From contig CAVSLC010000013.1 of assembly GCA_963728565.1 (NCBI GenBank), positions 384,001 through 448,000 on the forward strand: a stretch of DNA of 64,000 nt. Direction: 5' to 3'. How positions within the stretch are numbered: the first letter of the stretch is position 1; each line of letters starts with the position of its first letter. The notes under the pieces were generated by a model that searched no databases, was not told the origin of the DNA, and worked only from the letters and a program-made list of their open reading frames with translations. Shown piece by piece: positions 1 to 9,231 of this stretch. The DNA is from an uncultured delta proteobacterium. Lineage in GTDB: Bacteria > Desulfobacterota > Binatia > UBA9968. The translations under genes and the position numbers were made by a program.

Positions 1-33
1 CCGCTTTCATAATTCAAACTAGTCAATCGATGA

Positions 34-510
34 CTAGAAAAGCATTCCCCACGCGAGAAAACCCATGCCGACTAAACCGGCCATGGCACCGGCGGGACCG
101 GTCGCGTACTTCCAAGCCAGGATAAGCGGGACGGCTTTCTTGATAGTCTCAAACGGCAATAACTTTTCCATTCCCCATCGGGCGATCAGATAGCGCTCCC
201 CATCAAGCACACCAACCGCGATCGGATCCTTACTTACATCGCGTTTGCGCCATACTTCGACCTTGTCGAAAAACTCCGTAGCTTTCTGCACCTCTTCTGT
301 AAGGGCGTACGGAATTCCGTAGGAAAAGTGCAGAGACTCTTCCTTGATGGCCCGAGCGGAAATTCGATTGATGTTGGCTGCTCGGACAGGGAGAAATAGA
401 GTCCAGACGCGCCAATCCTCCTGAGAGATCTTGGGATAGGGTATCGGTCTTGCGTCCCCTCCTGCCATTATGGATCCGCTGTTTTCCTGCCTGTAGGTTT
501 CAACGAACAT
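34..510 (-). CDS. Hypothetical protein with C-terminal hydrophobic/TM tail
   Basis: 158-aa ORF; ATG preceded by GGAGGTG RBS; contains KDPIAVG...YLIARWG and a hydrophobic C-terminus. Confidence 0.7.
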   Translation of the reverse strand: MFVETYRQENSGSIMAGGDARPIPYPKISQEDWRVWTLFLPVRAANINRISARAIKEESLHFSYGIPYALTEEVQKATEFFDKVEVWRKRDVSKDPIAVGVLDGERYLIARWGMEKLLPFETIKKAVPLILAWKYATGPAGAMAGLVGMGFLAWGMLF

Positions 511-1218
511 AATTTCACCTCCCTCTCTGTTTTTTAATCTATCTAAATTCTCACATGATCAGGCCGACTATCGTAGTCACTGGAGGATGGCGAGTTGCTC
601 TTAAAAGTGGCGCAAATTTTGTACCAGCAAAATTCTTCGATCCGTCATGATTGCAGTCTCTATGTTCGGACAAATCCCCGCGCACTGTGTCAGTTACGAG
701 ACAACATTCGTTTTCGAATTGGGTTGGATCCCGCACCGAGATCGTCAACCATACAGATTGGTTCCAGGGGAATTTGGCGACTGAATTAAGAACTAAATAG
801 CAGTGATAACAAGATTTAGCACACCTTTCTAAATGAATACTTCATCCACGCGAGCAGTTTTTAACCTATCCCTAAAATCGATCCTCGATAAGCTCATTAA
901 TACTTTGCTTAAGGCGCAACCATTTGTTTCAGATGTGAGATTGGTTCGATCATTTCGGAAACCGCGCGGTCCGTTCTCCAATGGCTAGCCTTGGTTGTTG
1001 AACTCTCTATGACCGCTCGTGATGCTGCAGATAGGCCTGACAGGCAGCTGCCTGTGGCATAGAAGCTGCGTTTTTTCAATCCGATACCGATAGAAAAGTC
1101 ACATCACCGCGATTTAACCGGCGTAATACCGTTTGGCGTTAATTCAAACGAACGCTTGTTGATCTCATACCCGAATTCTGAATACCTCGGATGCATGGAG
1201 AGGTACCCGGGAGGACGA

Positions 1219-1935
1219 ATGTTTCGTGAAAAAGTTGAGCTTAAAGATCTTGAACAGATGGACCCTGAGTATCGCGATCTTCTAACCCGAGTCGTGACAA
1301 TCCAGGCGGATTGTGAAATTGGCGGGCCACATCTTTATGCAAAGGATATTTTGCCGTCCGCTCCGACGAAGACCGACCAATTACTTGTCGCGCGCACTGC
1401 ATCTGAAGAGCTTGACCATTACCGCAAGATCGCCCGCGTAGCCGGAGATTTCGGCGTCGATGTGTCGTTCGTATTAAGCTGGCCCAACCAGGAGCGCTAC
1501 CTGGAGGCATTCCGAGGAACCATCAACACGTGGGCGGACTTCGCAGTCTTCGGATTCCTAATCGATCGTGTGGGACGTTACCAACTCGAAGAGTTCTTTG
1601 GTTGCAGCTATCAGCCGCTCACTGAGATTCTGCCGACCATCATCAAGGAAGAGATTGGCCACGTGGGGTACGGCGAAAGCAAAACAGCCGAGCTCGCGGC
1701 TAAAGGAGAAGAATCGAGAGAGAAAGTGCAGGCAGCGCTTGATAGATGGTACGTCAAAGCCCTGGATATGTTCGGCCGATCGGACTCGACCCGCGACCAG
1801 CGATACATCTATTGGGGGTTAAAACGTAGAACCAACGCCCAAGCGCGGCAGGAATTCATTCGCGAGGTTGACCCGCTCATTGAAAAACTAGGGTTGAGAG
1901 TGCCTGATCCTATTCAGGGCCGGCAATATCTTTAA
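1219..1935 (+). CDS. PaaA/PaaC-family ferritin-like di-iron protein (phenylacetyl-CoA epoxidase catalytic-subunit-like)
   Basis: Motifs QADCEIGG, EELDH, EEIGH, ALDMFGRSDS; GGAGG RBS before ATG 1219 (ORF track starts 1156). Confidence 0.8.
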   Translation: MFREKVELKDLEQMDPEYRDLLTRVVTIQADCEIGGPHLYAKDILPSAPTKTDQLLVARTASEELDHYRKIARVAGDFGVDVSFVLSWPNQERYLEAFRGTINTWADFAVFGFLIDRVGRYQLEEFFGCSYQPLTEILPTIIKEEIGHVGYGESKTAELAAKGEESREKVQAALDRWYVKALDMFGRSDSTRDQRYIYWGLKRRTNAQARQEFIREVDPLIEKLGLRVPDPIQGRQYL

Positions 1936-3889
1936 TAAAAAAAATAAAGAAAAGTGAAAGGATACGGACAATTCAAGATCATACCGCGGGCACTCAGCTG
2001 GGATTCTAGCGATTGCCACCGCGCGTAGCATTCTTCCAATTGATTTCCGAGCGCCTCGAGTCGCTCGAGAGCCGAAGTAATTGTCGCGCCGGGTTGCCGG
2101 TAGAAATCAGCTTGTGCCATCTTAAGTTGTAGTTCCGACTGCTCTGTCTCCAGCGCTTCAATTCTGGCCGGTAGCGATTCAAGCTCGCGCCTCTCCTTGT
2201 ACGACAACTTACCGTTATTTCTGCCGGGCCGATCAGGCTGGGCGGCGATTGCGGCCACAGGACTTTGGTGCTGCGTCTTAGCACGGCTTGCCTGACTCAG
2301 TTCCCGGCAACGAACCCAGTCCGAGTAGCCGCCGGCATATTCGACGAACCTCCCAGCGCCTTCATAGACCAATGTGCTGGTAACGATATTATCTAGAAAC
2401 GTTCGATCATGGCTTACAAGCAACAGTGTTCCTTGGAAGTCGGCTAGCAGATCTTCCAGCAGCTCTAGTGTATCGACATCGAGATCATTGGTGGGCTCAT
2501 CGAGAACTATCAGGTTGGCGGGTTGGGTAAAAATTTTGGCCAGCAGCAATCGATTGCGTTCGCCGCCGGACAGAGCCTTTACCGGCGAGTCGATCCGTTG
2601 CGGCGGGAACAGAAAGTCTTTCAGATATCCGATTACATGACGCGAACGGCCTTGAACGGAAACGTAATCGGAGTCGCTGAGGTTTTCGCGTACGGTCTTT
2701 TCGGGATCGAGAATACGCCGATGCTGATCAAAGTAGGCCAACTGGAGGCGCGTGCCCAAGACGACTTCTCCGCTGGTTGGCGTTATCTCACCCAAAATCA
2801 GCTTGAGCAGCGTAGTCTTGCCGGAACCGTTCGGACCGATAATGCCGACTCGATCACCGCGTAAGATGCGCGTCGACAACTCCCGAACAACCAGATCATC
2901 GCCATAGCCGAAACCTACACGATGCATATCGACCACCAGCTTTCCGGACAAAGCGCCGGCATCAATACCAAAACTGGCTTTACCCTGGGCGTCCAAGCGC
3001 TGGCTACGCTCCCGGCGCATCTCCTGAAGAGCCTGCACGCGTCCCTCATTGCGCGTTCGCCGTGCTTTGACACCGCGCCTGATCCAGGCTTCTTCCTCGG
3101 CCAGTTTTTTGTCAAACTTCGCGGCGGCGCGCTCTTCGACCGCCAGAAGCTCGTCCTTTTTCCGTAGATAGGCGTCGAAGTCGCCGGGATACGAATTCAA
3201 CCTACCGCGATCAAGCTCGACGATGCGCGTCGCCAGGTGGCGCAGAAAGCTTCGATCGTGAGTGATAAACATCAATGCGCCGCGAAAACCTAGGAGAAAC
3301 TTCTCGAGCCAGATAATCGTGCTGATATCAAGGTGGTTAGTCGGTTCATCCAGCAACAGGAGATCGGGCTCGCCAACCAGGGCCTTGGCCAGCATCACCT
3401 GACGACGGACACCGCCGGAACAAGCCTTCATCGGCTTGTCAGGAGGGAGCGCCAGCCGGGTCAGTACCGTTTCAACCTTCTGGTTCAGGTTCCACCCGCT
3501 CAAATAATTCGATACGCGCGTCCAGTTTTGCTAATTCATCGAGCGACAGGCCGTTCCGTCGCAGCAGCCTTTTGCGTCGCCTGATGATATTCGAATAAGA
3601 GCATTCCCAGCTCACCCAAACCGGAAGCAACCACCTCGAAGATCGTTTGTTCCTCGTCCGGTGGCACTTCTTGCTCTAAATGCGCAACCCGCAAACCTTC
3701 CTGAACCCAAACCTCGCCTGCTTCCGGAACAGCGTCGCCCGTGATGACACGGAATAATGTTGTCTTTCCAGTTCCGTTTCGACCGACAAGACAGACCCGC
3801 TCACCGGCATCGATCTGAAACTGAACATGAGCGAGCAACGGCAAATAACCGTAGGATAGCGAAATATTATCTAGGCGTAATAAAGGCAT
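1932..3889 (-). CDS. uup: ABC-F ATPase Uup, split by a frameshift near 3540
   Basis: Two ORFs (3536-3889, 1932-3503) give two NBDs (GRNGTGKT, GPNGSGKT, LSGGE, LLDEPTN), linker WIRRGVKARRTRNEGRV and C-terminal KLSYKERRELESLP coiled coil. Confidence 0.88.
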
Positions 3890-4059
3890 CGTTGTCGACG
3901 TCAGCGTAATTTACTAATGTAACAGTTTTGCCGACGAACTCAAAAAACTACGGTCTTTAACGAACAAGCATCAGTGGAGTTGGAACGTATGGGAGGCGCG
4001 CTGTTCGCGGTTCAGCGCTATTCAATCACACGCATTATATCCAACGCTGCAAATCGGCA

Positions 4060-4594
4060 TTACGGATCATGGTAGTTCGTCTCATCATGTTGAATCGTGT
4101 TGATGAACACGAGCTCTAAAGGACGCTGAGATTTCGTTGCCAGATCGACAAGCCGCTCGGCAGCCTCGCTTCTACGAAAAAAATTGCGAAAGCCAATCTG
4201 TTGGTACCTGCTCATCTGCGGCAGGCTTTCGAGCGTAAATTACCGCGGCACGATCGGCCATCAGATTACTGGATAAGCTTTGCGCCAGCGGCAAACCCTG
4301 TCCTGCGTTATTGCCGAAGATGATGTAATCGACGGAGTCACCAAGCGCCGGCAATGCAGCAATGATAGCGCCTAATGAGACATCGTCCCAGTTTCTCATT
4401 TCCAACGTGGCTTGTGCCTCGGTCAGTAGAGTTGGATAGCCTTCTGCAACTTGAAACACCCCATTGCGCTGAATACAGCGAGTCCAATGAAGCGGCGGTT
4501 GCATGACAAATTCTCCCACCGTGACTTCATTGTCCAAGATGAGGCCAAGGAAACGGTCGCTTCTACGTGCGGCAAGTTCAGCAGCTAATGTCAT
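4060..4594 (-). CDS. Conserved-looking hypothetical protein, frameshift near 4220
   Basis: ATG 4594 with GGAG RBS (MTLAAELAARR...GNNAGQGLPLA); after the shift the frame continues SLPQMSRYQQIGFRNFFRR...FINTIQHDETNYHDP to TAA at 4060. Confidence 0.6.
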
Positions 4595-4824
4595 GGTATC
4601 CCTTCTCCTCCTAGTCATCGTCGAGTGCATGCTCTCACCTACACCGTAGCGGAAGTTGCCGGTGAAGTCACCGTGGCGCTCTGTCCTAAGTGTAAGAACG
4701 GATTCAATCAGTGCAACAGAAATGCGACATGTGCAACGCGCTAATCCCAAAATTTTTTCAAAAGCCCTATGCGGCATAAGAATTGCCTTTTGATAATAAG
4801 CAAGAAACAGGAAAGGAGAACAGT

Positions 4825-5058
4825 ATGAAGAATGCTATTTACGCATTGTTGTTTACCGCCGCTCTAGCCCAGGCAGGATGTAGTCCGGAGTTCTGGGGAG
4901 GAACAGCGGTCGGTGCTCTGGGCGCCGGCGGAGGCTATGAATACAATAACAAACGGCAAATGGATAAGCTCGAAGACGATTTTCGAGCCGGTCGCATGGG
5001 CCGCGAAGAATATAATGACCGTAAGAGACAAATCGAGCGCGGATCAATAATCTACTGA
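4825..5058 (+). CDS. Small lipoprotein (glycine-zipper plus SHOCT-like C-terminus)
   Basis: AAGGAG RBS; signal peptide ending in lipobox-like QAGC; GGTAVGALGAGGG; ...GRMGREEYNDRKRQI. Confidence 0.75.
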   Translation: MKNAIYALLFTAALAQAGCSPEFWGGTAVGALGAGGGYEYNNKRQMDKLEDDFRAGRMGREEYNDRKRQIERGSIIY

Positions 5059-5138
5059 AAAGAAGACTCTGATCCAGCTTCTCGGTAAGCATCATGCCTG
5101 CCGTTCGGATGAGTTTACACCGAGAGGTGACAATTAAC

Positions 5139-5813
5139 TCAGGCTGAACGGCAGGCGGCGGCTGCCTGCTGTAGACGGGTCTCGGTCGGATGATTCTTAT
5201 CGCCGGAATAATTTTGCCGTTGGAACTCCTCTAAGATCCGCACCCAAATGCTGCAATCCCACTGCAAGCTTTTCCAATACTGCATTCCATCAAGGTCCGC
5301 CTGAAGTTCCTTCTCCAACGAGTATGGCTGAAAGATGACATACCAGGGTAATCCAACATCGCGACTGGTCATTCCATATTCGTCGGACGAGCGATTGAAA
5401 TTAATCTGCCGATAATCGGCGTGACGCGCGATCTCGTGAGCGATCTCATGCGCCAAAGTTTGCCTGAGAAGCCAAAGATAACGCCGACTGTGAAGCGCAC
5501 GTTGGCCGAGCTTGTAACTGATATAAATTCGGCGTTGCCCGATGCTCATACCGAGAATGTCTGCGCGAGGGAAATCAGAGAGCGAAATTTTATACTTAGA
5601 TGTATTTGTTGCGTCTTCCGTGACCGCAAGAATTCGTTCCGCTTCGTCCTTGAGCAATCGTTCGATCGGCTCATCTTTGACAACAGAGATACTCGGCACC
5701 AGTGAGCAGGCAGGCAAGAACACAGTAAGAGCTAAGCTCAAGATTCGGACAACACCTGCCGAGCGCAGCCAAGGCTGACGTTTCGCTATGTTTGAGGCGA
5801 TTTTATTTTGCAC
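5139..5813 (-). CDS. M48-family zinc metallopeptidase, probable lipoprotein
   Basis: HEIAH motif, downstream ELQAD, C-terminal HPTETRL; LPAC lipobox; start uncertain. Confidence 0.75.
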   Translation of the reverse strand: MQNKIASNIAKRQPWLRSAGVVRILSLALTVFLPACSLVPSISVVKDEPIERLLKDEAERILAVTEDATNTSKYKISLSDFPRADILGMSIGQRRIYISYKLGQRALHSRRYLWLLRQTLAHEIAHEIARHADYRQINFNRSSDEYGMTSRDVGLPWYVIFQPYSLEKELQADLDGMQYWKSLQWDCSIWVRILEEFQRQNYSGDKNHPTETRLQQAAAACRSA

Positions 5814-6099
5814 GTCAACTGAGTTCCGTGAAGAGCCGAGAAAACTAGTTCGATCCCGCCTGCCCCCAAGGGATAGTATATTGACAATCAAGACGCAACG
5901 GTTTTCATCACGGCTAATCTAAAACACCGTCGGGGGTGAAAGCGGCGCTTCGCCCTGCAATATCTTCGGCTATGAAGAAGTACAACAAACATGTAGTCGC
6001 AGGAACTTAGCTGGCGGTGATATCAAGTAACGGAGATTTCCGGACCTTCGTACACTTACTGGACTTTCTCGCGGCGCGGGCTTAACGTTTGCCCGGAAC

Positions 6100-6979
6100 A
6101 TGCGAAGATCACTCATTATTCTTATCTTAGTTTGCGGCGGGCTCGGAGTCTTTGTCCTCGCCTTGCTGCTGTCCAACAGCGAATCTCTTCTACTGCAGCA
6201 TCTAGAGCGGAGCTGGGGCCGCAAGATCTCAGCGCGGGAAGTACGGATGACCTTTGTGCCCGGGATTGGATTGCATTTAAAAGAGTTCTCCATGGCGGAC
6301 GATCCGGTCTTTTCGAAGAACGCTTTTCTGACGGCCAACGATGTCACGGTGACTTTCAAGTTTCTGCCGCTTTTCCTTTATCAGCTTCGCATTAAAGAAG
6401 TCATCGTTCACGCTGCCGTGATCACAATTCTCCGTGACAGTGCCGGTGTTTACAATTTTTCCTCCCTCGGACCGGAAAGCACGAGGAAACAAAGCAGTGA
6501 GAGGTCGGTAACATCCCAGAGCCAAACGAGACGTTATTCGCCCGCGCTAATTCCCAACTCATTGATTCAGATCATGAACGGCACCATCCATTATGTCGAT
6601 CAGACGAACGGCAGTGATTTGACGGTGGACCGACTCGATTTTAAGACGACTGATTTGGACCACGAGAACTCTTTTGCGTTCGAACTGGCGATGGCCGTCT
6701 TTGCGCCGGAACAGAATCTAAAAATCAGAGCCGCCGTAGGTCCTCTCGGGGCCGAAAAAGGTCTTAGAGGACCTGCCGCTCGACGGCGAGCTGCGTTTTG
6801 ATCATTTCGATATGGGCAAACTCCGAGCTGCCTTGCCTGTCATCAAGCGAGAATTGCCCAAGGCCTTGGACCTTCGCGGTGTGTATTCAACCCAGGGTGT
6901 CAGATTCAAGGGAACTTTTAACCGGCCGTCGCTAAAGGGGCAGATTGAGGGAACGGATGCGTCATTCCGTTTTGATTAG
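6100..6979 (+). CDS. Short AsmA-family protein (N-terminal AsmA domain only), frameshift near 6765
   Basis: N-terminal TM anchor; colinear similarity to the N-terminal third of 9232-11658; shifted frame continues LPLDGELRFDH...QIEGTDASFRFD to TAG 6979. Confidence 0.7.
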
Positions 6980-6986
6980 TCGACCA

Positions 6987-7613
6987 TCAGAAGCTCTGCC
7001 AATTCAAAAAAGATTTTTTCGCGTAGAACGAATCGATGCTTAGCGGGACAGCAATGCCGCGGTCCTTCAGATACTCGGCAATCGCCTTCAATGGAAGGCC
7101 CACCGCCGCCAGATAGTCGCCTTCGATAGAGGTTATCAACTGACGCCCCTCGCCTTGTATCGAATAGGCGCCGGCTTTATCGAGGGATTCACCGCAAGCA
7201 AGATAATCTTCAACTGCAGCATCGGAGAAATCGCGCATTCTCACGGTGACTTTCTCGATGATCTTCAGGCCAGAGCCACCCGATCCATCGATGATCGCCA
7301 CACTGGTGTAGATGAAATGGGTTCGTCCCGCGAGCTTGACAAGCATCGCTCGAGCATCGGACAGGTCACGCGGTTTGCCGATTTTCGCCCCATCGAGTGA
7401 GATCATCGTGTCACTACCGATAACGATGGCTTGCGGATTCTGCCTTGCCACCGATTGAGCTTTACCGACCGCAAATTCGATAACCTCTTCTTCGATGCTC
7501 CGTAGCGACGACAAGGCTTCTTCAAAATCCGGCTGGATTACATCAAACGGCAGGCCGAGAAGCGCCAGTATTTCCCGGCGGCGCGGTGAGGTTGAAGCAA
7601 GAATCAGCCTCAT
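6987..7613 (-). CDS. maf: Maf-family nucleoside triphosphate pyrophosphatase
   Basis: LILASTSPRRREIL, IGSDT, IGKP, DKAGAYSIQG motifs. Confidence 0.93.
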   Translation of the reverse strand: MRLILASTSPRRREILALLGLPFDVIQPDFEEALSSLRSIEEEVIEFAVGKAQSVARQNPQAIVIGSDTMISLDGAKIGKPRDLSDARAMLVKLAGRTHFIYTSVAIIDGSGGSGLKIIEKVTVRMRDFSDAAVEDYLACGESLDKAGAYSIQGEGRQLITSIEGDYLAAVGLPLKAIAEYLKDRGIAVPLSIDSFYAKKSFLNWQSF

Positions 7614-7687
7614 GGTATCGACGAAGTCTTGTTGGCTTGGCTTAGAGGCTAACGTGGCGCTCCGGCGTTACGATGGCTGCCGGATCT

Positions 7688-8863
7688 TCATGCCACTCGA
7701 TTGGTTCTGCGCTCCGCTTCGGTAGATTGGAAGGTGAAATTAAGTAAGCATTGTCTGACGTCCTCGGCGGTTTTTACTCGAACCATTTGCGAGCGCATTT
7801 CCGCCGCGCCGCGAAAGCCCCGGCAATACCAGGTTAGATGCTTTCGAATTCCGACGAAATTTTCACCCGATGCCTGCAGCTCATGATGGCTGCTATGCTC
7901 GGAGATGACGCGAAAGCGCTCTTCCAGGGTCACAGGCATGCTGGAAATGGATGAGTCCCGGTTTTCTGCGAGCGCGCGCTTTACCTGATGCTTGGCTCTA
8001 AAGATCCACGGATTGCCTTGAGCGACGCGCCCGAGAAGCACTCCGTCCACTTGTGTCTCACGAACACGGCGCTGGACTTGCGTCATATCCTGCAGATCGC
8101 CATTGCCAAGAATAAGGGTTTCCGACCCTTTGCCGACTTCCACGGCCCGCGCTATGGCGCCCCAATCGGCGTTGCCTTTGTATCCCTGCTGCAAAGTGCG
8201 GCCGTGGAGCGAGATAGCAGCCGGATTTTCTTCCAACAAAGTTGCAATCCAATCCGCGACTACGATGCGATCATAACCCAAGCGAGTCTTGACCGACACC
8301 GGGATCGGCAGCCGCTCACTCGGGCCATTTACCTTTGTGCGCAACCAATTGGCATCTCTGATCTTTGCGATAAGTTCAGGTTCCAATTGGATATCGCTGA
8401 GCGTCTGTCCGGCGCACCAGTCTTTGATACCGCGTTTTGCCGCTCTGATGATCGCACGAGCCAGTTCCGGCTCTCGGATCAGCGCCGCGCCGCACCCGGC
8501 TGCCGCGACTTTTTTCGCCGGGCACCCCATATTGATGTCCAAACCGTCAAAACCGAGCTCACAGACAATATGCGAGACTCGATAAAACATTTCCGGCGAA
8601 CGCCCGTAGATCTGCGCCACCACCGGTCGCTCGATTTCACAATAGGTCAGATCCTTAATCAGCGTGTGCGCCGCGTGAAAAGCGGCTTGGATATTAACGA
8701 ACTCGGTAAATGTCACATCGGGCCCGCCGTATTTGGCGGTGATGTAGCGAAACGATGCGTCGGTGACTCCGTCCATGGGCGAGAGACCGATAATTGGCGC
8801 GCTGATGGAGCGCCAAAAATTGGTCTGGTTAGAAAGAGCTTTCGAAGATTGCTGAGATGACAT
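7688..8863 (-). CDS. tRNA-dihydrouridine synthase (Dus family)
   Basis: LSPMDGVTD, DINMGCP, SVKTRLG, LHGRT, GNGD, GNPWIF motifs. Confidence 0.9.
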   Translation of the reverse strand: MSSQQSSKALSNQTNFWRSISAPIIGLSPMDGVTDASFRYITAKYGGPDVTFTEFVNIQAAFHAAHTLIKDLTYCEIERPVVAQIYGRSPEMFYRVSHIVCELGFDGLDINMGCPAKKVAAAGCGAALIREPELARAIIRAAKRGIKDWCAGQTLSDIQLEPELIAKIRDANWLRTKVNGPSERLPIPVSVKTRLGYDRIVVADWIATLLEENPAAISLHGRTLQQGYKGNADWGAIARAVEVGKGSETLILGNGDLQDMTQVQRRVRETQVDGVLLGRVAQGNPWIFRAKHQVKRALAENRDSSISSMPVTLEERFRVISEHSSHHELQASGENFVGIRKHLTWYCRGFRGAAEMRSQMVRVKTAEDVRQCLLNFTFQSTEAERRTNRVA

Positions 8864-9231
8864 GACTATTATCCCCGGGACTAAAGCGGCTTATGGAGCT
8901 TAATCCATGTGACGGCCTAAACCAACCGACGACGACCAGCGGCTTAAAAATCATTCCCAAAAAACGTCCTCGATGCCGACCTTACCGGCACGGTCATCCC
9001 TATCCGAATGGAAATCAATGTGCGCGCCCTCTGGATGAGGATCAGGTCGTGAGCTAGGAGCGAAGATGCATCCAAAGAGAAGAGCGCCAAAGCTTTCATC
9101 CGCGCATTTTTCAGTTACACTGTATAGTACTCGTGCCGTGCATACTCAAATAAAAATCGCCCTGACCATCGGCCATCGCAAGTCGACTTCAACTATTCCC
9201 GCCGCTCGTATCGATCCTCCTGAGACAGGAG

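Noticed and set aside
551-1150. Short ORFs or an ncRNA in the AT-rich divergent intergenic region
   Set aside because: No RBS-supported ORF and no convincing structure; probably promoter DNA.
3500-3545. Programmed frameshift in uup or other split genes
   Set aside because: No slippery heptamer or stimulatory structure was seen; indels are common throughout the window.
7988-8860. 290-aa antisense ORF and other long antisense ORFs (e.g. 16420-17130, 24489-25229)
   Set aside because: Shadow ORFs opposite well-supported genes, with no recognisable motifs.
8880-9100. Small minus-strand gene upstream of dus
   Set aside because: Only short broken frames; no confident product could be reconstructed.
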